From a virus, in IMG/VR virus record IMGVR_UViG_3300027377_000018: 64,000 bases of DNA; one strand, given 5' to 3'. Positions 19,447 through 29,587 of the stretch are shown here, one piece after another. The translations under genes were made by a program, and so were the position numbers. Under the pieces are notes generated by a model. The model ran no database searches. It saw only the letters and a program-made list of their open reading frames with translations, and was not told the DNA's origin. Position 1 is the first letter of the stretch; every line of letters begins with the position of its first letter.

Positions 19447-20301
19447 TCAGGCATCGCCGCAATCGCAGTTGCAATTGCAATAAGTGCAGTAGCTGCAATA
19501 GGAGCAGTACGAGCAGTAGGACATGCAGTTGTAGTTGACCCGCTGGAACGCGAGCCGGACCTGCGTCGCAGAGACCTGCTCCATCGTGTAGCTGTAGTAA
19601 TAGAAACTGCCAGAGCCAGTGGTCCCGGCGTCTCGCGCGCTGCCCACGGACGCATAGCCCTTGTTGAAGAGCGCAGCGAGGTCTGTGGCGTCGGCGATCT
19701 TAAAGCCGGTGGCGCCCGCGTTTCCCTGGGACTTGACGCTGGGCGCGACAAGCTCTCCAGTCATCGTGTCGCCGGCCTTGGCGACCCGACCCGATTGATC
19801 GACCCCCGCCTGGATATCCGCCACTGGCGTGGTGGCGGCATCGGAAAGCCCGAGCGTGCTACGCTGGGCCGCCGCATTGGCGTCGTCGAGCAGCGCCTTG
19901 CCGGCGGGCGTGACCGGCACCGCCTGGGCCTGACCGTCGCCGGTGCGTTCGATGAGACCGGTTCCGGTCAATCCGGCAACGGCCGTGAGGTCTGCATCCT
20001 TTGCCTGATAGGCCGTGTCGTGGTTGTGGCCGATGGCGGCGAACAGCGCCTGCGCCTCTTCCTTGGAAAGATAGCTCTTGGATAGATCGGCGATGACAAC
20101 CCAGACATCGGGCCCCGTGCTCTTGAGCTGATAGAGCTTCTGCTCATCGGTCCTGAGACAGAGCATGCCCGCTTGCGCGCCCGCCGTGGGGAAGGTGGTG
20201 CCCGAAAAGCAGGACGCCACCGCATCATCGCGATCGAGGATCTTCTGACGGCTGTTCTGCAGGGAGTCAGTCGAGGGAATGTCGGGATAATTCTGCGCCA
20301 T
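19447..20301 (-). CDS. Tail-fibre-like protein with C-terminal Tyr/Cys repeat
   Basis: GHNHD, ALLDDANAAAQRSTLGL and RVAKAGDTMTG fibre motifs; ends NYNCMSYCSYCSYCSYCTYCNCNCDCGDA. Confidence 0.75.
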   Translation of the reverse strand: MAQNYPDIPSTDSLQNSRQKILDRDDAVASCFSGTTFPTAGAQAGMLCLRTDEQKLYQLKSTGPDVWVVIADLSKSYLSKEEAQALFAAIGHNHDTAYQAKDADLTAVAGLTGTGLIERTGDGQAQAVPVTPAGKALLDDANAAAQRSTLGLSDAATTPVADIQAGVDQSGRVAKAGDTMTGELVAPSVKSQGNAGATGFKIADATDLAALFNKGYASVGSARDAGTTGSGSFYYYSYTMEQVSATQVRLAFQRVNYNCMSYCSYCSYCSYCTYCNCNCDCGDA

Positions 20302-20310
20302 CGATAGCTC

Positions 20311-21327
20311 CTAGTATCCGAGGGCCGACCAGCTGACGGTGCCGGCGACGAGGGTCACGCCGTCCGCCGCATCGAACAGCCGGACGTCGAAGCCCGTGGT
20401 CGTGATCGCGGTGATCTCGGGCAATGCCGGCGTGGCGCCAGCCTTCAGCGTCACCTGCACCTCCGGCGGCTCCGTAAAGCCACGGTTGAAAGCGACCGTG
20501 CCCCCCGTCACTGGAACGCTTGCCGTGCCCCGGTCACGCACGTCGGGGACATCGACGTTGAAAACCGCATCCGCGATCGCGACCCGCTCTCCGGTCACGG
20601 GCGCCGAGAGCAAGAGGCCAATCAGGGCCTTTGCATACTCGTAGTCTCCGGGAACAAGATCGCGGAACGGCCCATAGCCGAGCGGGCCCTTCGCCACTAC
20701 CAGATCCCGGAAGCCCGTCTCGTCCAGGGGCGTCGAACGCACCGCCAGATCGGCAAGTACGGCGTTGGCGTGCCGCAGCAGCGCATCCACGAGCGCGAGA
20801 GCCTCGAAGGAGAGGCGAGCGGACGTCTTCGCCTCCGTATCCGTCAGTGCAACCGTTTCTGGGAGATCGCGCCGGAAGGCGGTAGGCCGCTCGAGCGCAT
20901 CCGCCAGCGCCAACGGCTCTATGGAGTTCTTGGCTGGAAAGCTGGCTCGCATATCCACCAGGCCGAATGCCGCGGCCTCGGGATGCTGGGCGATTTTCGC
21001 CGCGACCTCGCCGAGCGCCAGGTTCTCGGCGACCGACAGGATGAAGTTGATGTAGTCGAGATAGGTTTCCGCAATGGCCAGGGTCCGACGCCTATGGACC
21101 AGGATCTCCCCGATCCGCACATCCGCAAGGGCAAGCGTGGATGAGGCGAGCGGTCCCGCGATCCGAGCAGCCATCCCGGCGACCGGCAGAGCTTCACCGG
21201 CATCCGCGGCATAGTCGGACACATGTGCCCCTGACCATTCCTTGTCGGCCTCGACGTCCTGCCAGTCGAAGACCGAGGTCACCCAGGTATAAGCAGCACC
21301 CGGCGTCTCGGTGATATGAACCGACAT
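20311..21327 (-). CDS. Tail-associated repeat protein with a C-terminal lectin-like beta domain
   Basis: Eight LALAD-like repeats; C-terminal FNRGFTEPPEVQVTL...TTTGFDVRL. Confidence 0.6.
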   Translation of the reverse strand: MSVHITETPGAAYTWVTSVFDWQDVEADKEWSGAHVSDYAADAGEALPVAGMAARIAGPLASSTLALADVRIGEILVHRRRTLAIAETYLDYINFILSVAENLALGEVAAKIAQHPEAAAFGLVDMRASFPAKNSIEPLALADALERPTAFRRDLPETVALTDTEAKTSARLSFEALALVDALLRHANAVLADLAVRSTPLDETGFRDLVVAKGPLGYGPFRDLVPGDYEYAKALIGLLLSAPVTGERVAIADAVFNVDVPDVRDRGTASVPVTGGTVAFNRGFTEPPEVQVTLKAGATPALPEITAITTTGFDVRLFDAADGVTLVAGTVSWSALGY

Positions 21328-21329
21328 GA

Positions 21330-21788
21330 TCAAGACATCGTGAAGGTGAACTTCTGGGTCAGTGTGTCGTCGACACCCTTGTTGATGACGGCGAACACGA
21401 CGCGGTCGAGCATGGTGCCGGCCGTGGCGGCGTTGAACACACCGGCCTCGGTGATGGCGCCGGTGGCCTCGCCCGGATCGAAGGTGGTCTCGAAGGTGAA
21501 CACTTTGGTTCCCGCCGTATGGGCGTAGGTGGCGGACTTGCGGGCGAGTTCAGTGCCGAGGGCCGTATCCCCGGCGGCGGCTGCGACGGCCCCGGTGCCG
21601 ACGGCGATGTGACCCATGGCCCCCGGTCGACCGGAGGAAAGTCCGATGACGTCGGCGATGAAGTCGAAGCCGACATCGACGATCAGATTGTCCTTCCGCC
21701 GCACGACAATCTCACCGTTGGCGCGGTACAGGCGCAGCTCTACCGCCCCCCTCAGGCGCAAACCCGAGGGCAGGTCTCTTCTGTTCAT
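21330..21788 (-). CDS. Phage tail-associated protein
   Basis: NLIVDVG...HIAVGTG...ITEAGVFNA...MLDRVVF, a motif set common in tail distal genes. Confidence 0.65.
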   Translation of the reverse strand: MNRRDLPSGLRLRGAVELRLYRANGEIVVRRKDNLIVDVGFDFIADVIGLSSGRPGAMGHIAVGTGAVAAAAGDTALGTELARKSATYAHTAGTKVFTFETTFDPGEATGAITEAGVFNAATAGTMLDRVVFAVINKGVDDTLTQKFTFTMS

Positions 21789-21799
21789 GATGTTCTCCG

Positions 21800-24700
21800 T
21801 TAAGGGTAGAGCCGCAGCTCGTCGAAGGCGCCGAGCGGTGCGAGAGATTGACTGGCGCTCGCCACATCACCCGTCTTCCAGGACGCGGCGTGCAGGGCGC
21901 GCTCCGTCGCCGACTGGGAGACCCCGAAAGTGACGATGTCGCCGGCGATCCGCGCGAGGGTCAGTCCGACCCGGTTGCCGAGATGGTCTTCGAGGTAATA
22001 GATGCCGACATTCGGATCGTAGCCGAGGCTCAGGGCGCCGGAGCCCCCGGACCAGACCAGGTAGATTTGCGGCTCCTCCAGCAGTTCATCGAAGCGAAGA
22101 TCGAACGTCGCCGAAAACTCCGCCGGCACGCTCAGGGGCCAGGCGACCTGAGTGGTGTCACGAACCTCAAGTCCTTTGGCGAAGCGGGCATCGCCATAAC
22201 CGAGCCCCAGCGTTTTCGACGCTGCGGTTCCGTTGATCCCTCCCGTTTGCTCATCGAGCGTGAAACCCTCGACGAGGTCGTTCGCGGGCGGCTGCTCGAG
22301 GGCGATCACGGTCCGCAGTTCGGCCCCATCGGCATCGCCCACCGGTAGCCACGGCGCATTCGCCTGGACCGCGTCCCACGCGAAGTTCGCGTCGGACCAG
22401 GCCGGCGGGTCGGCCGGGATGGCGACGATGCCGGATGCCAGCCAATTGCGCGCCCGGAAGATCTTGGCGAGATCGGCCTTGAAATAGTGTGCGCCCTTGG
22501 GCGCATTCACACCGCCGCTGCGCGCCAATGCCAGGAGGCCGTCGGTCACGACCTCGAGCTCATGGCTGACACCTGGCCAACCGAGCGCCTTTCGGTCGCT
22601 CAGCACGATGACGTTGCGATCGGACAACGGCGCCAACCGCGTCGTGGCAAAGGTAGCGTTATGGCTGTAGAGCCCGGCGGCCGAGACCGCCTTGCACCAG
22701 AAGGTCTCATCGGCGGGCATCTGAACTGGCCAGAGCGCCACCAGATGGTCCCCGGCGGACCGACCGACGAACCGCCCTTGCCCCCAGCTCTCGCCCGCAC
22801 GGATCTCATATTCGACACCGGCGATGGGCAGCGAGGTCCACGAGAAGCGGACATGTTCCCCCTGGGGAACCGCATCGAAGCCCGTGACATCGGCGGGCGG
22901 CACTACGGACGCGACCACGCTGACGGCGCTGACGCTTCGAAGCCCGAGCTCGTCGACAGCGCGAATGTGAAACCGATGATCTTCGGCATCGGCCAACCCC
23001 ACGAACAGGGAGGTGCCGCGATGCCGGGTGGTCACCACGGTGCCGACATCCCAGGACTCGCCATCCCGGATCTCGTAACCGACCACATCGAGTGCGCTGA
23101 CGGGATTCCAGGAAAGCTGCACGCCATCGGCCCGACGCGTCGTCTGGAAGTTGATTACGTCAGAGGGCTGCGTGGTCTTGCCCACCACAACGTGGCCGAG
23201 AACCTCCGTCCACTCGGAGGCCAGGCCTTCGCGACTCACCGACCGAAGGCGGATGTCGTAGGCGACACCATCCTCGACCGGCTGCACCGCGATCTCACCC
23301 GATGCCGACGGCGCCGGCGGCAGAACACGCCATTGCTCGGCGCTTCCCGCGAGACGGTAATGGGCATGAATGTACTCGGCCGGGTCGTTCAGTCCCGCGT
23401 TCAAGGCCACCCGGACCACGATCCGAGATTGCGTGCGACCGTCCGCGCCGACAACGAGGACGCTTTCATCGGATACCACCTCATCCACGACGGGGGCCGC
23501 CGGCGTCTGGCGCTCGACCAGCGGCGGCAACGTCATCAGCGAATCGAAGTCGGGAATGGGACCGGTATCCGCCTGGTGAACCTCCGGCGCCGCGTCGACC
23601 AGGGTCAGCGTGGCGCGGAAGTCGCCTGAGTGACGGATCGCCTTGACGATCAGGTCGACACTCTCTCGGGCTGCCTCGCCGAAGAGCGCAAGGTCGCCCA
23701 ACTCCGGCGATGCCATCGCCGGGACGGGCTGGAGAAACGCGAGGGTGTCGGTCTCACCCGCCTGCGTGACGACACTCGCGACGCTGCTGACGCCGTCCGC
23801 ATGGCGGAAGCGGACGGCATAGGTCTTGCCCGCCTCCATGGCGACCACGTCATCGAGCGTGGCCGAGGTCGCATCGCCAGTGGCGTCGAAGGCAACGTCC
23901 TTGACCCGTCCCCAGCCGCCGCCCCAGAGCGGCACGTCGTGGCTGACCTTGACCAGATCGCCAGCCGTGCAGACCAGGTGGTCGATGTCGACGGAGATCT
24001 CGTAGGTCTCGGGCCGTAGCTTGCCGACCGCCAGATGATAGCGCCCGTGCTTCCAGGCGAGATCGGCGCTGGTGCAGCCGAAGAGTTCCAGGGTCTCGAA
24101 GCGGCTCGAGTTCGTCTCGCTGTAACCGTCCGCGTAGACGATCACCTCGTCCTGTTGCCAGTCGCGATCCGGATTGACGAAGCGGCACTTGAGGCCGTGG
24201 GGGATCTTGGTGAAGGCCTTGATACCCCGGAACCCCATCGTGTTGCGCGGCGTGAAGTGCTGGATCGGCACCGATTGTGCTACGTCGCGGACGATCGAGA
24301 ACTTGCCGTCCCGCATGCCGAACCCGGCCCGACCCGCGGCTGCAATGTCGCGCATCAGCTCGAACACGGTGGTCGGGTAGTCGATGACCGCATCGAAGGT
24401 GAACTCAGGCGTCGCATCAGCCCAGGTCTTGAAGGTACCGAGATCGAGCCGCTCGTCGGACACCGGCCGCCTGTTGGCCGCGCCGCGCAACACATCGAGA
24501 TAAGCCCAGGCCGGATGACGTGTCGCCTGTTCGATCCACTGCCCGCCATCCCAGACCGGCAGAAGGGCCTGCGTCACCGCCGAAAACTGATTGACGATGC
24601 CGTTCAGTTGATCTGTTGCCTTGATACGCATGGCGACGAGGCAGCGGCCAGCCGCCTTCACGGGCACGGTGTGCTGGACGGTTCGGATCGCCGAGACGAG

Positions 24701-25864
24701 GCTGTCGTCGCGGATACGGGTCGAGGTGTTGTCTGCGGTCAGCCTGGTGAAACGAACCTCGTAGCGACCGCTCGCGGGCGTCACAATGCGCACGCCCCTG
24801 CGGACGACCTGCTCGGTCGCCGCCGTGTAGGTCGCGGTGGCATGCTCAGTCCATGGATCGGATGACCCGGCGAGCCGGTACTCGACCTTGATATCGACGG
24901 AGCGATCCTGCCGGTTGCCGCTGTCATCGAAGCGAACCAGGCCGCGGAAGGTGATGTCGGCGATGATCTCGTCAGCGCCGTCGCGGGTCTCCAGGACCTC
25001 CGGACCGCCATCGCTGGTGATCTTCAGCGAGTACTGATCCTCGCGAATGGTGTCGGTGTAGAGCGTGATCGGTGCGTCAGACGCATAACCCTGCCGGATC
25101 TCGGTCTCCACGCCCTCGAACTGGGCCAGCGGGATGGCGCCGATACGCAAATCCGAGAGTTCCAGGGGCCCGTAGCCGAAGTCGAACAGCATGCGCAGAT
25201 ACTGAGCGTCACCCTCGACCTCGGTGTGCGGATGGGCCGCCAGGGTCGGAAACACCCGGTGGCGGCCGTAGACGCGCGGTACGGACCCGTATCGGTTGGC
25301 GCGGTTCTGCGTGCCGGTGATCGCGAGCGTCGGGCTGGTGCGGCTCTGCGGACCACCGATCGAAAGCTCGGCGAGCTTAGGTCTCGGCGGTGGTGCGATG
25401 GCGTTGACGATCAGGTTGCCGACCAGCGTGATCGCCGCACCGCCGATGGCGGAGGCCAGATTGATGGTCTGGCCGAAGATCACCGCTTCGGTGGGCAGCC
25501 CCATGGCCGCGCCGACGGCCGGCCCCAGCACGAAGGCGGCGGCCACCACGGCGATGGTCAGGATGGTGCGAAGCGGGTTCTTGCCGCCCCCGCCGCCCTT
25601 GCCCGGCGCGACCCGAAGGGTGACCACGGCGCCGGCTTTGGGACGCACGCGCGCCCATCGGTCCCGAGGCACCATGACCGGGTCGTCGGTCATCGCCCCA
25701 TCCGTGATCCAGACATGGGCATGGGCCACGAGGATTGGGTCGAGCCCGAGCGAATCCATGATGTCGGCGATGGAACCGCCCACCGGCACGGCGCGATCGA
25801 TGCGCTCGGCGGAAAACGGGCGCGGGCAGGCGATCAGCCGCAGAGCGTTTTCGTCAACCATCAT
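21800..25864 (-). CDS. Host-specificity/tail tip protein (gpI+gpJ-like, FN3 domains)
   Basis: gpI-like N-terminus, YGSVPRVYG, TipJ-like core (HPAWAYLDVL, YHLA..KLRPE), FN3-like repeats. Start probably ATG 25864/25861. Confidence 0.85.
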   Translation of the reverse strand: MMVDENALRLIACPRPFSAERIDRAVPVGGSIADIMDSLGLDPILVAHAHVWITDGAMTDDPVMVPRDRWARVRPKAGAVVTLRVAPGKGGGGGKNPLRTILTIAVVAAAFVLGPAVGAAMGLPTEAVIFGQTINLASAIGGAAITLVGNLIVNAIAPPPRPKLAELSIGGPQSRTSPTLAITGTQNRANRYGSVPRVYGRHRVFPTLAAHPHTEVEGDAQYLRMLFDFGYGPLELSDLRIGAIPLAQFEGVETEIRQGYASDAPITLYTDTIREDQYSLKITSDGGPEVLETRDGADEIIADITFRGLVRFDDSGNRQDRSVDIKVEYRLAGSSDPWTEHATATYTAATEQVVRRGVRIVTPASGRYEVRFTRLTADNTSTRIRDDSLVSAIRTVQHTVPVKAAGRCLVAMRIKATDQLNGIVNQFSAVTQALLPVWDGGQWIEQATRHPAWAYLDVLRGAANRRPVSDERLDLGTFKTWADATPEFTFDAVIDYPTTVFELMRDIAAAGRAGFGMRDGKFSIVRDVAQSVPIQHFTPRNTMGFRGIKAFTKIPHGLKCRFVNPDRDWQQDEVIVYADGYSETNSSRFETLELFGCTSADLAWKHGRYHLAVGKLRPETYEISVDIDHLVCTAGDLVKVSHDVPLWGGGWGRVKDVAFDATGDATSATLDDVVAMEAGKTYAVRFRHADGVSSVASVVTQAGETDTLAFLQPVPAMASPELGDLALFGEAARESVDLIVKAIRHSGDFRATLTLVDAAPEVHQADTGPIPDFDSLMTLPPLVERQTPAAPVVDEVVSDESVLVVGADGRTQSRIVVRVALNAGLNDPAEYIHAHYRLAGSAEQWRVLPPAPSASGEIAVQPVEDGVAYDIRLRSVSREGLASEWTEVLGHVVVGKTTQPSDVINFQTTRRADGVQLSWNPVSALDVVGYEIRDGESWDVGTVVTTRHRGTSLFVGLADAEDHRFHIRAVDELGLRSVSAVSVVASVVPPADVTGFDAVPQGEHVRFSWTSLPIAGVEYEIRAGESWGQGRFVGRSAGDHLVALWPVQMPADETFWCKAVSAAGLYSHNATFATTRLAPLSDRNVIVLSDRKALGWPGVSHELEVVTDGLLALARSGGVNAPKGAHYFKADLAKIFRARNWLASGIVAIPADPPAWSDANFAWDAVQANAPWLPVGDADGAELRTVIALEQPPANDLVEGFTLDEQTGGINGTAASKTLGLGYGDARFAKGLEVRDTTQVAWPLSVPAEFSATFDLRFDELLEEPQIYLVWSGGSGALSLGYDPNVGIYYLEDHLGNRVGLTLARIAGDIVTFGVSQSATERALHAASWKTGDVASASQSLAPLGAFDELRLYP

Positions 25865-26258
25865 GGCGATAGAGTCCCAGGACACGACGGCGCCACTTGG
25901 CGCCGTCATAAGGTTCAAGACAGGCGTCGATGCCGTCCTCGATGTGCAGCATCCATCCGATGGCAACGACGACGCCCACATGCATGGGCTGGTTCATGAG
26001 GCGCATGAGAACCACATCACCTGGCCGCTCCGCGCCGGGCGGCACCGGATGCCACGGGCCCATCTCGCCCCGGATCAGACGGCCGATATCCTTGGCGTCC
26101 TCGACGGAGGCATAACCGTCGGCGTAGGACGGCAGCCGCCTTCCGAATTGATCGGCGAGCACGAGCCGGACGAGGCCCCAGCAATCGACGCCTTCCCGGT
26201 CGCGGCCATGCGCCTTGAACGGCAGGCCGACATAGGCGTTCACCCAACTGGGCAACAT
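25854..26258 (-). CDS. NlpC/P60 tail assembly protein (gpK-like)
   Basis: GVDCWGLVRLV and HVGVV...MLH catalytic C/H. Confidence 0.88.
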   Translation of the reverse strand: MLPSWVNAYVGLPFKAHGRDREGVDCWGLVRLVLADQFGRRLPSYADGYASVEDAKDIGRLIRGEMGPWHPVPPGAERPGDVVLMRLMNQPMHVGVVVAIGWMLHIEDGIDACLEPYDGAKWRRRVLGLYRHDG

Positions 26259-26731
26259 CAGAAGAGCCCCGGATACTCGCTCGGCACGTAGCTGTGCCCC
26301 GGAAACGGCTCGTTGAGCACATCCTCGAAGGCGAGTTCGCCGGAGACGGTGAGTGCGTCGTACTCGGCCGACACCAGGGTCATGTTGAAGGGTCCCGCCT
26401 CGACCGTATCGGGCGAAGCGGCCATCACCACTTCAAGGCCGACTGAGAGCGGCGAGGAGATCTCCCGCAGGTTCTTGACGATCTCCCGGTCGACGTTGTC
26501 GATACGGAGCGTGACCCGGGCGACGCTATCGGGATCCTCGTCGGGAAGCGCGATCTCGAAAGGATAGGCGATGAAGGTATTGCCGCGACTGACCACATCT
26601 TCCGTGTTGTTGACCACGCGGATGGGCACAGCGAGATCCTCGTGGTCGAGGGTCAGCAACAGAAGAAAGACCTCCTCGGTTTCCTGCGCGTTCACCGCCT
26701 GGCGCGCGGCCTGGGATAACGTTCGGCTCAT
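26258..26731 (-). CDS. Minor tail protein (DUF1833/gpL-like)
   Basis: FLLLLTLDH...RVVNN...AYPFEIALP...LRIDNVD; lambdoid position. Confidence 0.75.
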   Translation of the reverse strand: MSRTLSQAARQAVNAQETEEVFLLLLTLDHEDLAVPIRVVNNTEDVVSRGNTFIAYPFEIALPDEDPDSVARVTLRIDNVDREIVKNLREISSPLSVGLEVVMAASPDTVEAGPFNMTLVSAEYDALTVSGELAFEDVLNEPFPGHSYVPSEYPGLF

Positions 26732-27087
26732 GGCAAGATCTCCAGGCGCAGGGACGCCTGCCAAAGCGTGCCCCTTGCCACGGGCGTGTAGCTGGGCGGC
26801 TCGACGAACCGGAAGGTCACGGCTGTGCCGTCTCTCGGGTGCTTCCAGTCAAACGGAAGCGCACCGCCGGCGATGGTCGCGTCGAAAAACGTATCCAGCA
26901 GATCGACCTGGGCTGGCGTCAGACGCACTTGGCACTCGATGTTCCGAATTCCCGCCGTGAAGCGCCGGCGCACCTTGGGCGGGCCCGCTTCCATCTGGGA
27001 GCGGAGCAAGGTGTTCGGCGCTTGCTCGCTGAACCCCTGTGCAAGCGGTTCCTGCGGCAGGCTCGCCGGCCAGGCCGGACTGGTCAT
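26728..27087 (-). CDS. Distal tail protein (gpM-like)
   Basis: LRSQMEAGPPKVRRRFT...FDWKHP; directly after the tape measure gene. Confidence 0.75.
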   Translation of the reverse strand: MTSPAWPASLPQEPLAQGFSEQAPNTLLRSQMEAGPPKVRRRFTAGIRNIECQVRLTPAQVDLLDTFFDATIAGGALPFDWKHPRDGTAVTFRFVEPPSYTPVARGTLWQASLRLEILP

Positions 27088-29587
27088 CGGGGCACGCCCC
27101 GTCGATTGATGCCGTAGGCGCTGCTCATGGTCTGGTCGAACGCTCCCTGGGCAATGCCGCGGTTGACTTCATCTCGGATCAGCACCCGGATCAGGCGCTT
27201 TCCATCGGGACCGCGTTCGCTGGACACCTCCGGTCGGGCGCCCCCGCTACGCTGATCGATCACCTGCACCACGACCTCGGACCCGAAGGCCTCACGCATC
27301 TGTCGCGGCCAGCCGATCACTTCGCCTTGCCTGGCGATAATGGGGACTTCGCCCGGCACCAGACCACCACCGTGAAAGCGTGGCGCCCCATCGAACACTC
27401 GATGCTCGACAGAACGTTGTGGCAGCGGCGTCTTGCCGATCACCCCGCCCGAATGCGCCACGGCGTAGCCGCCGGTGCCATAGGCGGGCGCATCGAGGAT
27501 CGAGGCCGTGGACGAGCCACCCGACGAACCGAAGAAGTCGAAGCTGAAGCTTCCGATCAGCCCTTCGAGGAAACTCTCCATGGGCTTGAAGATCAGAAGC
27601 CGATAGGCAGCCCGCAGCGCCGCCTCCTCCAGGGTCGAGAAGAAATCGCCGACCGACAACTTTCCGGTCCGGGCCCACTCGACCCAGGCGTCTTCGGAAG
27701 CCTTCAGCGCACTCGAAGTGACATCTTCGAACTGCCGCGCCGCGTCACCTGCCTCCCGGCCATAATCCCGGAGCGCCCGGATGACGCCCGCCGACCATTC
27801 CTCGCTGGCCCGCAGCATCCGGTCGTATGCGTCTTCGGTCGCGCGGGCGAAGGTTTCCTGGCTGATCGCCCCCTCGCTCAGGAGTTCGTTCAGCTCCGCG
27901 AGTTCGGCCTTGTAGGCTTCCTCGGCCGTGCGCAGACTGTCGGTGAGGGCCTTCCCCTTCTCCCTGAGCTTGATCGCCTCCTGCTCGGCCTTGTTGCGAG
28001 CCTCGATGGCTTCCCGCTCATCGAAGAGTGCGCCCGCGAGGTCGCGGACCTGGCGACGTTGCTCATCGGTCGCGTCCGCCGACAGACGCCGCAAAGCCTG
28101 GGAGACGAAGCGCGCACGATCGGTCATCGCCAATTCGCCGCGTTCCGCTTGCAAGCCATCGACAATCTTGCGATTGGCATCGGCGCGTCGCCGCGCCGCC
28201 TCCTGCTCTTGCGCCGCCAGTTGGGCGAGCCTGGCATCGCGAACGGCGGCGGCCTGCGCCATGATCTCACCGACCTTCTCCAGATTGCTGGCATCCGGCG
28301 CGATCAGAGTCTGCATTTCGGCGACCAGGCGTTCGTATTCCGCCCGAATGCGACCGGCCCCCTCGTGTGTGGCGTCGAACAACTGCTTCTGCAGGTCCTT
28401 CTCGATCTGGGCGATGCGCTGGGCCCGCTCCTGGACCGCCCGAATATCCGCCTCAATGGCATCGGACGTCGTGCCGGTATCCGTCGACGGTGGCGTCCGC
28501 CCATCTCCCTGGTCCCGCTGCATCCAGGCGAGCTTGGCCTGCCACTGCTGGAGTGCCCATTCCTTGCGCTCGAGCTGCCATTCCACGTACCGACGGCGAA
28601 TGTCGTCGAGTACGCCGTCGCCCAGCGCGTCCCGTTCGGCCCGCAAGGCGCGAACATCCTCCCGCAGATCTTCGACGATGGTCTTGGTGCCCCGCAGGCT
28701 CAGGCCCTCGAAGTTGAAATCCCCCTGGGCCAGGAGCTTCAGCTGCTCATACGCAACGCCAGCACTACTCGCGAGATCGGCCAGCTCCGATGACGCATCG
28801 GCAATGACCGGCGCCAGATCGAGCACGGCGCGGGTCAGATTGGCGGAAATCACCTTGCCCAGGGTGTCGAGCTCGTCCCGCGCCTTCTCTGCATTCCTGA
28901 CCAGATCCTCGTCGAGAACGATGCCGAGGTCGCGGGCCCGGCGTCTCGTCGCCTCTAAAGCCTCGACGCCACCAACCAGCATGTTCACCATGGCGACGCC
29001 CTCGCTGTCGAACAGCTTGAAGGCGAGCCGAAGCCGGCCGGATCGGCCGTGCGCTTGAAGGCCTCCGCCACGTCGTTCAACAGGTCCTCGGACCGGCGGA
29101 TGTTGCCGTGCTGGTCCTTCAGCGCGATGCCCATCTGAGCCAGCGCCTGTTTGGCCTCGCCGGTCCCCTTGGCCGCCTCGGCGACGCGCCGGGTAAAGCG
29201 CTGCAAGGCCATGTCCATGGTGCGCTGCTCGACGCCGGCGAGCTGCGCGGCGTAGCGCAATTCCTGCAAGGCCTCGACGCCGACACCGATCTTGTCGGCG
29301 GTCTTGCCCACCGCGTCGGCGGCGCTGATCGACCGGTCGATCAGGGTCGCCAGACCGCCGACCGCGGCGACGCCGGCAAGCGCACCGCCGAGGGCCCGCA
29401 TGCCGACCCGTAGCGTCTTGGCCCGGTCGGTCAGATTGGAGAGACCGCGCGACGCCTTGGTGCCGGCCGCGTCGATCTTCTTGAGCGAGCGCTCGCCACT
29501 TTGCCCGACGGAGACCAGCTCGGCCTTGACCTTGCCGCCGCCCTCGACGGCCAGGCGGACGGCATAGGTGTGCTTGGCCTTGGCCAT
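27084..29587 (-). pseudogene. Tail tape measure protein, frameshifted at ~29036-29040
   Basis: N-terminal frame (MAKAKHTYAVRL...AFKRTADPA) switches to the frame RLRLAFKLFDSEG... Net -1 (1 or 4 nt lost). Confidence 0.82.

Noticed and set aside
18499-20085. Long plus-strand ORFs opposite real genes (also 6666-7991, 27039-28793, 53832-55124)
   Set aside because: Antisense shadows of high-GC coding sequence, with no motifs or RBS.
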